Source: Mobula hypostoma
Taxonomy: Eukaryota
Length of the DNA stretch: 64,000 nt
Assembly (NCBI RefSeq): GCF_963921235.1
Contig: NC_086107.1
Span: 103,294,001-103,358,000, forward strand
Direction: 5' to 3'
Part shown: one piece after another, positions 48,601-61,009 of the stretch
Layout of the letters: each line of letters begins with the position of its first letter
Numbering within the stretch: position 1 is the stretch's first letter
Program-made: the position numbers and the translations under genes
The notes under the pieces: generated by a model
Databases searched by the model: none
Told to the model about the DNA's origin: nothing
Seen by the model: only the letters and a program-made list of their open reading frames with translations

Positions 48601-51600
48601 CTCACCATATTCCATCAAGTTGTTTTCCTGTTAAAATAAGAAAACAAAAGGTAAGGCAAACAGCCACTGAGGAACAGAAGTATTAGGATCTTCCTATTGA
48701 CCCACCTCTCACCTTTACATGACTCAGTTACATCTCCCCTAAGCATTCACTGCTCCAAGATCTTTCCCTTACGTTACAACTTTCTATACTGTATTCAAAT
48801 ATTTTCGTAAACCCCTTTACTCACGGTAGAATAATCTTTAAGTTTCTGTAATGTGGTCAGAGCAGTACCCTTTATGATTCTAATGCCACTGCCTTAATCA
48901 TGAATAACTGTCAGGTTGTCACCACATTTCAGAGGTGGTCATGATTCTTTAAGCAAATGTTTTGCTAAATCTGGTCTTCTTGAACAAGAAACCAGTATTT
49001 GTTTTAAAAATAGGAGAAAATTCATTCAGTGGGTTTTGATGGGTAAAAGTTATATTAATGCAACAATTCAAGGTGGCAGCAGGTTACCACACCCAAGGTC
49101 AACTAGGGATGGGAAATTAAGGCTCATCAACTTGAGAAGCCCACATTCCCTTAAGGAATAAATTTAAAAAATAACGAGAAGAGATGGAAGTAGATGAGGG
49201 ACTGTAGGTATTTGAAATCCTCGAAAAAGAACTGGTTTAAAAAAAAAGAACGTGGGATAATGGAACAATGCATTTAGATTTTAATACAGGATTATATACA
49301 AATGAGCACTTGTTCGGTAGGGCCCGGGCTTAGTTAACAAGAATAATGACATTGGAGGTGAGAAGGATCAGATGGTCACATATTATTAAAAATATCTAAG
49401 CAAAACATTTTATTTACCCTCTAAAGCAGAATTTCCCAATGTCGACATTAAAAAGGTTGGGAACCCCTACTCTAAAGGTAGAACCACTTTTTGACACATG
49501 CGCTTTTTGTCATCCTCCATTGCAACGTCCCATTAAAATGGGAGATTCGATCACAAATGTGGCAGATTAAAGTGTGCCCATGATCTACTATGCCATCTAT
49601 GTGGTATCTGAATAACCACCTGCCAAAGTACTCTTGGGCCTCTGGAAGCCAGCATGGTCAAGATCAAAAGTTAATAAATTTCACGTCACATGCCGGTGAT
49701 AATAAACCTGATTCTGATTAATTTATTGTCAAAGTACGTATGCAGTGTACAACTCTGAGATTCGTCCTCTCCAGATAGCCATGAAACAAAGAAAACCGTG
49801 GAAGATGCTCAAAAGAGAAACATCAATCCACACCCACCAGCAGAAAAATAAAGAACAGCAACAAGAGCAACAACTCAAATACCCTCCCCCCCGCACAAAA
49901 AAACTAAACACAACAAGAACATTCCCAAACCCCATCCTCTTCCACAAACAAAAACTTAACAAAATATGCCACACAGAAAGAACGGGCTAAAAACACAAAA
50001 TATAAAATTCATAGAGGTGAAAGAGTCCACGGTGTCCAATCCATCAAAGCAGAACCTCGGTAACATCGACATAGGGGAAAAATTAAATTGCAGGCTCCGA
50101 CAGTTCCAGTAACACATGAAAGGTGAAAAAGAAACATAAAAGAAGTGAAATAAACAGTTTGTGGACTATCTGGAAGACGTTGACTGAGGGAGTGTTGTAC
50201 ACTGGGCACCATCTTGACCCAAAGTCAATCAGATGTGAGAAAAGTTGAAGTCACTTGAATCTGAAACTTACGTCACTGGCTTGAAAGTAACTCATTCTCT
50301 GGTCATCCCTGCTTTTCCTATAGTGTGCAATCTGCTTTTCATACAGCCAAACAACTTGCCAGGACATGTTAGAAGGACAGCATGGAACCAACAATTGTGG
50401 TTCGAGTGGAGCCACAGGGAAACCACACCAGGCACAGGAGGTTGGCTGATATTAAGGTAAAGGTGTTGTAGTGGTCACAATTTATACTTCCCATCTTTTT
50501 CAAAAAGGAAGAAATGTTTTTCAAATTCTCAGAGGGCCACAGTGGGACAAATTGAAAACCATTGGATGAAAGCAGAACAGATTAGTCATGCAATACCATC
50601 ATTTGTACTGTACCCTATATTGTATACATCAGACATCCCTGTAGCACTGTACTCTATACTGTATATGAGACATCACTATAGCACCATATCCTATATTGTG
50701 TACATCAGACATTTTAAATAATCCTCTCTGCGCCTTGTTTGGTGCATCGGGCAGCAACCTTGCTGTTTCTTTTGGTGTTTGTCTGTTTTACAAGGCCGAG
50801 TTGCGAGTTCGATATTAAACTCAGCACGAATGCAAAACGTGCAAGGAGCTGGCTGGATTTAAACCTGGAACCATTTGCTCCGAAGTCCCGTGTGGATGCC
50901 ACTACACCACATATGATTCAGGGGAAATTTGGGTTATTTTTGCATTCCACGGCCACATGATTAATACTACACCATTTTTCATGAAGGGCTCTTACTGATA
51001 CAATAAGCAACAAGGAGAGAACAAACTATAACCATCACCCAAGAATCTACCAGTGTCAGAGTAAAGCAAGCTTGATTACATCATCCATCTGCTTCACTCA
51101 GCTGATTAAACATGTGTATTAAATATATGCCCTTGTCTTTGGAGGACAATGAATAAAGAAAACCTTACTTATTGACAAAGGATCATGTGATCATCTGAAC
51201 CTTCTCAGCTCCAATGTCACTCTCCACAGAAACACAGAACACTTGTGGATTGTACCTCCGGATTTATTTAATACATTTGATTTGCTGAGCTAGCTTCCTT
51301 TCACCCAAGAGCCAGATCTGTTCTCTTAGTACTTAAAAGTATTTCCCCTGCGATTATGAAAGAACTTCTACACAGATGTGGTCAGTGAAGTAGACAATAG
51401 GCCCTTTACCCCTTGGGCTTGTTTTACCTTTCATTCAAACCACTGCTGACCAACCAGTTAATTATTCCTCCCCTGACCCAACGAACATTTACTCCAACTC
51501 TTTGGAGAACGCTGCAGATTTCTCCTCTCCTTTGCTGATTTCACTTATACGAGACCTAGCTCTAATTTTGAAGTGTCCCCATTCTTTATTCCCATAGCAC

Positions 51601-54600
51601 ATACACATAGTACCAACTTGCCTATTAACGGTTCAACTCAGAATTCAGCCCCCTCCCCCAGCCTGCCCTCAATATTAAAGTGCATATAAGACAAAGATAT
51701 AGAAACTGCTTTCATAATTTAACCCTGTGAGATCTCGGCACTTCAGCCTATCCTCACTGAAGCATTTTTATCAATTTCTCTAATTGGGTTACAGGTTTTA
51801 AAACTATCTGTTTAAACAAAAACTGCCTGGGCTTCAAACGAACTGGTTACAACCTTGGCATTCTACATGATCCTGAGCTGGCTTCCAATGCCAGATTACT
51901 TCAGAATCAGGTTTAGTATCACAGATTAATATCACATTGTAAAATGTGTTGACAGCGACAGCAGTACAATACATAGTAACAGGAAAAATTTGAAAATATA
52001 TGTACATATACAACTTTAATTCTGTTTTTAAACATGTTCAACTATACAAAATATATAGACATATGTGTATACACATACATATATACGAGGGGTGATTGAT
52101 ATGTTCGTGGCCTAAGGTAGAAGGAGTCAATTTTAGAAAACTTGGCACATTTATTTTTCAACATAGTCTCCGCTTATATTTACACACACAGTCCAGTGGT
52201 CATGGAGCATAAGGATCTTGGACCCCCAGAAAGTGTCCACAGATGGGTGATTGATAAGTTTGTGGCCTAAGGTAGAAGGAGATGAGTTATACAGCTCTCG
52301 TTACATACACATGCAGGTCAACTCTTTGAGTGATTATACAGAAAGTTTGAAGTTAATAACTCATCTCCTTCTACCTTAGGCCACGAACTTAGCAGTCACT
52401 CCTGATGCATTATTAACTTCAAACTTTCTGCATAATCACTCAAAGAGTTGACCTGCACGTGCATGTAACGAGAGCTGTTTAACTCATCTCCTTCTACCCT
52501 AGGCCACGAACTTATCAATCACCCATCTGTGGACACTTTCTGGAGGTCCAGGATCCATATGCTCCATGACCACTGGACTGTGTGAGTAAATGTAGCGGTG
52601 GGGGGGACTATGTTGAAAAATAAATGTGCCAGGTTTTCTAAAATGGACTCCTTCTACCTTAGGCCACGAACTTATCAATAACCCCTTGTATAATATACAC
52701 ATATTTATAATATAGTTAAATTAAATAGTTAGTGCAAAAAATAGAAATGAAAAAGAGGTGGTGTTCATGGGTTCAATGTCCATTCCACGAAGATTGTTCA
52801 TTTCTGTCTGCAAATGGTAAGTTGTCTCCACTTTTGCCTCAGTTGACCTTCACCAAGACTCTCAACCATGCATGTTACCTTTAACCTGAATTATTCCAGC
52901 GCTCTCCAGACCAGCCTCCCATTACCTCCAAAACGAAATTAACCCACAATTGTGTCGTCTTCCATTTTAATCCCATTAGCTGTTGTCGACAGTTCTCCCT
53001 GAACCACGGTCCCCTTTTCAAACCTGCTGATACCACCTTCCCTCAAAAGAATACCAGTTCTAGATCCTTATAGCCTCGTAGACAACCTCTCCTCTGCAAG
53101 TCCTTGAATACTTCTCAGCCTTCAAAATCTGTGCTATCTCATCTAAAATTCCTCTGAATCCCTTTGCTCTGGTTTACGCCCTTGCAGTAGCACTTTGATG
53201 ACCCCGCTTGAAATCATAGACAACCTTGTGATTACGACAAAGCAACCTTCAACCGTTGTCCCTTTCAAGATGGGCGGCATTTTGAACCGCCAATTCCATC
53301 ACCACCTTCATAACCTATTTCCATCCTTCTACCCAGTCATAGTCATAATCACTGGCAGCGGCTTCTCTCCCACACTCTCCCCTCTTGTTAAACCTCCATT
53401 TTTTTTCCTTCTCTTCTACGTAAATTAGATCACAGCTGACCTGCAAAATCAGTTATATTTTTCAGTATTTTGGCCAAAATTGTGACCATCACCCTATGTC
53501 TATTCTTGAGACTTTGTAACGTTTTGCTTGACAACGCTTCTGTAAGGGAGAATGATAGATCTTTGCTTTTCTAAGGATACCATAAATTGAATGTCGTTGT
53601 TAAAGCTAACATTACATTTTCTCACTCTGATGTTCATGTACATGTTCACTCAGGTTTCCTGTTCTTGCTGACGACAGATTTAAAATGCTCAGATGCCCAG
53701 CTCAATTTTAACCCTCAAACCCTCAAGATTCCTCAGAATCTTACCATCTGTATATTTGATGTTAATTCCTTAACCATTGGTGAACGTCCTTCACATAATG
53801 CGATGTTAAAGTCTGAAATTGTCACCAAACTTCCTTTAAATGAATGATTCTTTTAAATGTACATCTACCACCAGTCACTTAAGTGTTTCAAGGTTTCTTT
53901 AAATGACTCTGTGCCAAAAAGTGCAGGTACCTGTGCCTTCCCACACCTTTCAAATTGCTCTGCTCAGAATTTCTAATTGGAACATTAGAAGTTTGCTGCA
54001 CCACTACCTAGTGCCAGAACAGGGAAATTACACCACTTGGCCTTTGCTGTGAACCTGAGGCACACAGGCCAAAAGTTACTTCACTGTACAGTATTCATGC
54101 TAAGTCATAGCAGACACAAGAGTCAGTCAAGGCTTCTGGTTAATGAGCAGGTAACTGCAGAGCAAAATATCAGCATAAATTAAGGTCTTTTTTGATAAAA
54201 CCCATATGGATCCACCAACTTTTGGTGAAAATAGAATTCAATAGCTTTCAAACTTTTCTTACAACTTTTTTTTGAAAACGGTGAGGAAATATTATTGAAA
54301 GGGAATCGAAGAATCTCTTACAGAGCGCTGCCAGAGCCAGGAAAGCAGACATCAGTCTCATTCTGTGAAGTTTGTAGTTTAGTTTAACATCTTATTATGC
54401 CTTTCAATTCCTCTTCTCATTGCTACCATCAGGAAGGAGGTACACAGGCCTGAAGGCACACACTCAATGATTTAGCAACAGCTTCTTCCCCTCTGTCATC
54501 TGCTTTCTGAATGGATATTGAACCCACGAACACTGCCTCACTACACTTTAAAAGAAATTATTGAAACAGAAATAACAAGTACTTTATTGATCCCGAGTGG

Positions 54601-55963
54601 GAAGTTCTTTTGTTACAGCAGCAACATTTAAAAACACTCTTAGCAGAATGCAGACCTAATAATAAAGTACAGAATAATAATATACACAGTAATATATAGT
54701 TTAACTATTTTACTGCAATTATGGTTTTTTCTCTATATTATCATCTACTGCATTGTACTGCTGCCACAAAGTTAACAAATTTCACAACATATGTCCGTGA
54801 CATTTTATTAAACCTGATTCTGATCAAACATCTGAAAACATTTTACACATTGAAAAGTACACAGACTGCTTCACAGCCAAACTTAGTGGCAATGTTGCGC
54901 CCAGCACAATCTCACACTAAGCAATGAGCAATGATTCTGCAACTTTGGTTCAGGATGGCTGAAAGGGAAACGCTGGCCTGAAAAAATACAGAGATCTTCT
55001 TTCATGTTATTATTGAACACAATGACTATTCTGTGAATACAACACAGCTGCTAAAATTAGTGTCAGTAAAATTGCAAATGACTCACACAAATCACTTTTC
55101 ACTCGAGGGGGAAAAAAATCATGTTAGGGCTTACTAGACCTTACTGCAATGTTCCAGCTTCCTTTTGTATCAAAAACATTTAAGAAAGGATTGTTGGGGT
55201 CAAACAGAAGTGGATTTTTCTCCCTCGTGCAGAGTATTTCAAAGCAAGACGGAACGGGAGAATTTTTTTTAAAAACGAGACTGATATTAAAGGAAATTCC
55301 AGAAATACAAAACAGTCCTGGCAGCTATCTACTCATTAGTTTGCTCTTTCGCTTTTTCAGATACTGATCGAGCTTTGGTCCAACTTCAGCTTCTGAGGAA
55401 AAGTTGCTGGCAAGTGAAGTGTCCAAACAGGAGTCACCAGATAACCTTCTCATCTCTTCAATGCCGGCTGTTTTGATGGGGAAGCAAGTGGACCGGGGGA
55501 AGAATAAAACTAGACGAGATAGGAAGAACAACTACATTTCACACATGGCATGAACTCCCAGTCCTGCAAAGGAGTGTGATCATTTATTTAAACCTAGCAC
55601 TTACACCTGCTCTGTTAACAGTCTTAGTGACACAAACAAGATGATTAGTTACAGGTTTCAATTTCCTTAAAGTCCAAATTAAAACACAAAAATTAGACCG
55701 TTTTCAATTCTGGCAACTCATCCTTCACAAAACACAAAAGCGTTCAAATGAGTACAAATAATTCATTACAAGATAAAATTCCGTATTGTATTTGCCGCGG
55801 CCTAGTGACGGTTACCGCCACCCCGGCCTCGATTTGCGGCACCTGCATCTTCCCGGGGACGGTAAGGTTTCAACTCACCGAGCATCAAGGGGCTGAACTG
55901 ACGAGCGAGTCCTCGGGACAGGTCGTAGACGTAAAGTTTGACGGGATGAGGCGCCGTCTCCAT
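42555..55963 (-). CDS. DESI1: Desumoylating isopeptidase 1 (PPPDE family), complete 6-exon CDS: join(55879-55963,48606-48627,48434-48503,47211-47320,43999-44121,42555-42645), 501 nt, 166 aa
   Basis: Translation [11 protein letters not shown]...GIWHTAIVV...GGTLLGPPD...[21 protein letters not shown]...PFGQ carries the intact His/Cys dyad. All introns are GT-AG and phases are consistent. Confidence 0.96.
42684..43610 (+). mobile_element. Penelope-like element 3' fragment (GIY-YIG endonuclease plus terminal repeat) in DESI1 intron 5
   Basis: [23 protein letters not shown] and [24 protein letters not shown], followed by a degenerate hammerhead and the gctgcctgacttgctgagttcctccag terminus. Confidence 0.85.
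43999..44121 (-). CDS. DESI1: DESI1 exon 5 ([41 protein letters not shown])
   Basis: 123 nt, catalytic Cys in NCN, donor AAC|GTAAGT. Confidence 0.95.
46340..46630 (+). repeat. Interspersed retro-repeat; inverted partner at ~49720-50000
   Basis: ...tctggagaagaagagtctcagagttgtacactg...ctttgatagtaaataaa matches the reverse complement of 49721-49804. Confidence 0.7.
47211..47320 (-). CDS. DESI1: DESI1 exon 4 ([37 protein letters not shown])
   Basis: 110 nt; acceptor TCCCAG|, donor CAG|GTTAGT. Confidence 0.95.
47665..47875 (-). mobile_element. tRNA-derived SINE (second copy at ~50725-50910)
   Basis: Reverse complement GTGGTGTAGTGGCATCCACACCGGACTTC...GGTTTGAATC has A/B-box-like motifs. Confidence 0.65.
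48434..48503 (-). CDS. DESI1: DESI1 exon 3 ([23 protein letters not shown])
   Basis: 70 nt, contains the catalytic His, donor CCG|GTGAGT. Confidence 0.95.
48606..48627 (-). CDS. DESI1: DESI1 exon 2, 22-nt microexon (GKQLDGIW)
   Basis: TTAACAG|GAAAACAACTTGATGGAATATG|GTGAG. Confidence 0.92.
50600..50712. repeat. Degenerate minisatellite (~3 units of ~35-40 bp)
   Basis: Recurring ctgtaccctatattgtatacatcagacatc. Confidence 0.55.
52086..52688. mobile_element. Mariner-type fold-back MITE
   Basis: TA-flanked; TIR CGAGGGGTGATTGAT..GTTCGTGGCCTAAGGTAGAAGGAG with long inverted arms. Confidence 0.85.
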
Positions 55964-56350
55964 CGTGCCGGGGGCTGAGTTGCTCGTTGCCAGCTTCCGC
56001 TTCACTCTGTCCGGCGACGCAAACACAAACACCGGGGCCCCGGGCAGGATGCCTCCGCATGAAGCGATCCGGACGGCCCTGAACGCCCCGCCCCCCTTTC
56101 TTCCCGTCACCGCCGCTTGGTCACGCCTCCTGCCCGTCAACAGTTCGACCACTCACTGCTCCTTAACGCCCCGACGTCGCCGCCGTTTGGTCCCGCCTCC
56201 TACCCAATCAACGTTTCGGCCCGCGTCGCAGTCCCGCCCCCGTCAGCTCCTCCTACCCATGATTGGTTCGTCTCCCGTCTATCGACGACTCAACCACGCC
56301 CACACGGGCAGCCCGGAGTCCCGTCCCGTGCAGTGACGCAAGCGGGCAGC
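55790..56350. promoter_or_regulatory. CpG island / DESI1 promoter, possibly bidirectional
   Basis: CpG-dense; GC boxes (cccgcccc ~56234); oppositely oriented CCAAT (56204-56208) and ATTGG (56262-56266); CRE-like TGACGCA 56334-56340. Confidence 0.75.
55879..55963 (-). CDS. DESI1: DESI1 coding exon 1 ([29 protein letters not shown])
   Basis: ACGATGG Kozak context, donor TCG|GTGAGT. Confidence 0.95.
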
Positions 56351-57354
56351 ATCGATGGTTTTCGATGGTCAAGGACGCAAGTCAGCGATATGAGGGGGTG
56401 GGGAAAGAGAATTGGATACCAAAGTTGACCAGACGACATTTGTTGTAAACCTGGCAACTAGAGACAGAAAAGAAATAAACGTTTTGGAATAGCATCAGTT
56501 TTAATGTCACTGGCATATGACGTGAAATTTGTCGACTTTGCGGCAGCAGAACAATGCGATACGTGATAATAGAGAGAAAACTGAGACCTACAGTAATTAT
56601 TTGAGTATATGTAGTCAAATAAGTATTTAAATTAATAGAATTTTGAAAAGTAGTGAGGTAATGTTCACGGGTTCAATGTTCATTAAGAAATCGGATGGCA
56701 GAGGGGAAGAAACTGTTCCTGAATCATTGAAGTATCAGACAGGTACTTCTGCATTTTTTGGAGAATACCAATAAAGAAATTGCCTGCTCTCAACTAGGAA
56801 CCGCACCCCGCCCCCCCGTCCATTTTGCCTTATTCACTCTCAGTGGCTTCTCTTTCACTTCTTTGATAAAATGTTGACTAGGACTTGTTTCCATATCTCT
56901 TTCCTTAGAATCTTACCTTAACACTGCTGTTATTTCATCCATTCCCTTTAATTTCACTCACTGCCTTTCCCCCCCTATTTTCTCACCATCTCAGTTCTTG
57001 AACCTGAAATGTCGACGGTTTCCGCCTTCACAGATGTTGTCTGACCCGAAGTTTTCCGGAGGTTTGTTCCTATTTCAGATTTCCACCATGTTGCAGCTTT
57101 TCTTGGACTTTATACTTGAAATTCAATATTTTGTGTCCGGACTTGCACAGAAGGAAGAAGGGTTGAGTAGTGGTCAGTGCAATTCCCACCACTGTCTGTA
57201 AGGAGCTTGTACCTTCTCCCTCTGACCGCGTGGGTTTCCTCCGGGTGCTCCAGTTTCCTCCTACATTCCAAAGGTGTCTGGGTTAGGGTTAGTAACTTGC
57301 TGGCATGCTGTGTTGGCGCGGGAAGCATGGTGACAATTGCAGGCTGCCCTCAGC

Positions 57355-57600
57355 ACTACATATCGAAATTGACACCATCTACGAACCCCTAAGGGTCAAG
57401 AAAACACAAGCCAATAGAATTCAAAGGTCAACTGAAGAAGTAGCCAATCAGGACTGAGGCAAATGAATGGGGGGGCCTATATAAACGTAAGACTCCTAGA
57501 GAGAAACACCAATAACTGCTCACTGAGGTTGTCACCTCGAATGGTAATAAAATGCCTGCAAGCCAATTGCCAAACTCAGCGAACTCTGCAACATCAAATC
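57355..57600 (+). mobile_element. Terminal fragment of a second Penelope family
   Basis: HIEIDTIYEPL C-terminal-like remnant, then CCAAT/TATATAAA and a degenerate CTGA..GTCACC...hammerhead-like segment. Confidence 0.5.
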
Positions 57601-57689
57601 CTTTGCACTTCTAAATTATTTTTGTAACAGAGTAATTTTACTGTCTTGCACTGTATTTCTGCCACAAAACAACAAACGCCTGACTTCAG

Positions 57690-59005
57690 TGGTTGGGAAG
57701 ATGTTGGAATCCGTTAATAAGGATATGGTTTCGAGCTACTTGGAAGCGCATGATCAAGTAGGTCAAAGTCAGTATGGTTTCCCTTGAGGGAAATCTCGCC
57801 TGACAAATCTGCTGGAATTCTTTCAGGAAATAACAGGGCGGATGGACAAAGGAGAGTCAGTGGATGTTGTTTACTTGGATTTCCAAGAGGTTTTGACAAG
57901 ATGCTGCACATAAGGCTGCTAAACGACATAAGCGACCAGGAAAGATACTAGCACAGAAAGAAGATTGGCTGACTGGCAGGAGGCAAAGAGTTGGAATAAA
58001 GGGGACCTATTCTGGTTGGCTGCCTGTGACTAGTGAGGTTCCACGGTGGTTGGTATTTTTTTTCATGTTATATGTCAATGATTTGGATAACAGATTTAAT
58101 GGCTTTGTGGCTAAGATTACATGTGATATAAAGATAGGTGGAGGGGCAGGTAGTATCGAGGAAGTGGAGAGGCTACAGATTGGAATGGGCAAAGAAGTGA
58201 CAGATGGAATACAGTGCTGGGAAGTGTATGGTCATGCACTTTGGGAGAAGGAATAAAGGTATAGACTAATTTCTAAATGGGGAGAAAATTCAAAAATCGG
58301 AGGTGCAGAGGGACTTGGGAATCCTTGTGCAAGATTCCCTAAAGGCTAGCTTGCAGGTTGAATCGGTGGTAAAGAAGGCAAATGCAATGTTAGCATTCAT
58401 TTGGAGAGGGCTAGAATATAAGGGCAAGGATGTAATGCTGAGGATTTACAAGGCATTGGTCAAACTGCACTGGGAGCATTGTGAGCAGTTTTGTACCCCT
58501 TGTCTAAAAAAAGATGTGCTGGCATTGTAGAGGGTCCAGAGGAGTGATTCCAGGAACAAAAGGGTTAATGTATGAGAAGAATTTGATGGCTCTGGGCCTG
58601 TACTTGCTGGAGTTTAGAAGAATGAGAGGAAATCGCATTGGAACTTACATCAAATATTGAAGTGCCAAGACAGAGTGGATGTGGAAAGGATGTTTTCCAT
58701 GGGGGCGGGGGGAGTCTAGGACCAGAGGGCACAGCCTCAGAATAGAGGGACATCGATTTGGAACAGAGATGAGGAGGAATTTCTTGAGCTAGAGGGCAGT
58801 GAATCTGTGGAATTCATTGCCACGGACAGCTGTGGAGGTCAAGTCACTGGGTACATCTAAAGCTGAGGTTGATAGGTGTTTGGTTAGTCAGGCTGTCAAA
58901 AGTTACGGAGAATGCAGGAGAATGGGGTTGAGAGGGATAGTAAATCAGCCATGATGGAATGGCGGAGCAGATTCAATGGGTCGAGTGGCCTAATTCTGCT
59001 CCTGC
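57690..59005 (+). mobile_element. CR1 LINE RT-3' fragment, decayed
   Basis: V...LDFQ..FDK region, FMLYVNDLD, QRDLGILVQDSLK, CR1 3'UTR. Confidence 0.85.
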
Positions 59006-59810
59006 GTCTCACGGTCAGAATTTCACAATATATGTCAGTGATAATAAACCTGATTTTGATTCTGACTGTTTGGTTGACAAACGAGAAAGGGCAATGGGCA
59101 GGCACAATATTATTTTATTTTTTAAATGTTTTTATTGAGGAATAGGGCATGCTAACAGGCCCTTGCCGCCCGATGGGTCCGCACCACCCAATTACACCAG
59201 TGTGATCGATTACTGACCTTTGGAACGGGCGAGGAAATCGGAACACCCGGAGGAAATCCACGCGGTCACGGGGAGGATGTGCAAACACCTCACAGACAGC
59301 GGAGGAAGTCAAATGCTGGTGTTGTAGCAGTGCTACGGTAACCACTACACTACCTTGGCGCCTGAAGCAGAAACAGTGAGACAGTTGTGTCAACGATCAA
59401 CCCAGTCTGAGGGCCGCACTTCTGCCGTCAGCATACACTCTCAGCCCATGACCCATACCCTAACCGTACACCTTAATGTGCAAGGGACCCGGAGCACCCA
59501 GAGGAAACCCACGCAGTCACAGGGAGAACGTACAAACTCCTTGCAGGCAGCGGCGGGAATTGAACCCTGATCGGTGATCGTCGGTGCCATAAAAAGTTTG
59601 ACTGACTGCTACGCTACCCTGCCATAATTGTTTACGCCTTGAGAAAATTGCATGAGAAGGGGAGTGGTTGGTGAAGATGGGTGATTAAACCAAGAAATGG
59701 CAGAGGGAATGGTCCAATCAGAAACAAGAGAACAGTCGCAGGGGCTGGAAATCCAAAGCAACACACAATCAAACTGCTGGAGGAACCAGGCAGAACCTAC
59801 GGAAGAGAGT

Positions 59811-59848
59811 CAGTCCTGCTGAAGGGTCTCGGCCCGAAACGTTGACTG
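59811..59848 (+). ncRNA. Minimal type I hammerhead ribozyme motif in a Penelope end (one core substitution)
   Basis: CAGTC CTGCTGA A GGG TCTCGG CCC GAAAC GTT GACTG. Confidence 0.6.
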
Positions 59849-60490
59849 TTCCGTAGATGCTGCCTGTCCTGCTGAGTTCCTCCAGCATTTTGTGTGTGTC
59901 GAGAGGGAATGGTCCTTTCGGAATGTTTAAAGGGAAGGGGAAGAAGGCTGGGAATGGAATCTCATTGGGGTAAAATAACGGAGGGTGATCTATTGAATAC
60001 GGAGGCTGATGGGTGGAATTCTCTAGCTGGGAGTGAGCAGAGGTGCGGAAAATAGCTGAGATACAATCAAGAGCCCTGTTAACTATGGTGGAGCGGAAAC
60101 CATGGGAGAGGGGAAAAGGAGGACATTTTAAAGGTACTGGTGTGGAAGACATCATCGGAGCAGACACAACAGAGATGGAGAAAGTGGGCAATAAAAGGAG
60201 GTAGGTGGGTGGAGTGTGATTCTATCAGCTTTGAGAGCTGCTGGGCTTCCTCGGAATATCCAATATTTCACCACCTGGAGTTTCACTATAACTTGCTTTC
60301 TGCCTTTCCCAGTTCCAATGAAGTGTTGTTGATCTGAAATGAAATCACCTCCTTGGTGATTGCTATTTGTCCTGCTACGTTCTTTCAGCATTTTCACTTT
60401 TAGTTTTGGATTCCCAACACCTGCTTGTTTTTGCTCAGGCCCATCTCTCACCATCAAGGTCCAGTTAAGAGAGCCGTGGCGTTACCTTCT

Positions 60491-60714
60491 CTTGTTGCCA
60501 CGGGCAGCAGTGGAGGCCAAGTCATTGGGTGTATTTAAGGCAGAGATTGATAGGTATCTGAGTAGCCAGAGCGTCAAAGGTTATGGTGAGAAGGCGGGGC
60601 AGTGGGACTAAATAGGATAAAATGGATCAGCTCATGATAAAATGGCGGAGCAGACTCGATGGGCCGAATGGCCTACTTCTGCTCCTTTGTCTTATGGTCT
60701 TATGGTCTTATGGT
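60491..60714 (+). mobile_element. Short, young-looking CR1 3' end with (CTTATGGT)n tail
   Basis: gggccgaatggcctacttctgctcc plus three tail repeats; GTTACCTT direct repeats at 60481 and 60713. Confidence 0.75.
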
Positions 60715-61009
60715 TACCTTTCTGAGACTCGGCCATGAGTCTGCTATTCAATACACACCCTCTGAGTCTCACTGTTCCACTCTTTAGACCGGGGGTTCCC
60801 CCCTCAACCTTTATTATACCATGGACCAATACCATGAAGCAAGGGATCCATAGGTAGATCCCAGGTTGGGAACCCCCTGGCCTAGTGTTTCATTCACACG
60901 TCCTGCCCACGTCCTGCCTCTCTCCTTGCCGTGTCTCCCGACCATGGTGTATTGATCCTTTATGCCCAAGCCCGTTCACTTTCCCTCACTGTCATGTTGA
61001 GAGGGCAGT

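Noticed and set aside
50600..50712. CRISPR-like repeat spacing
   Set aside because: Degenerate tandem minisatellite with no unique spacers, in a eukaryotic intron
55802..56336. Several 100+ aa ORFs on both strands at the DESI1 5' end, including an out-of-frame ATG at 56060
   Set aside because: GC-rich CpG island with few stops; only 55879-55963 matches a known protein, and the TSS is unknown
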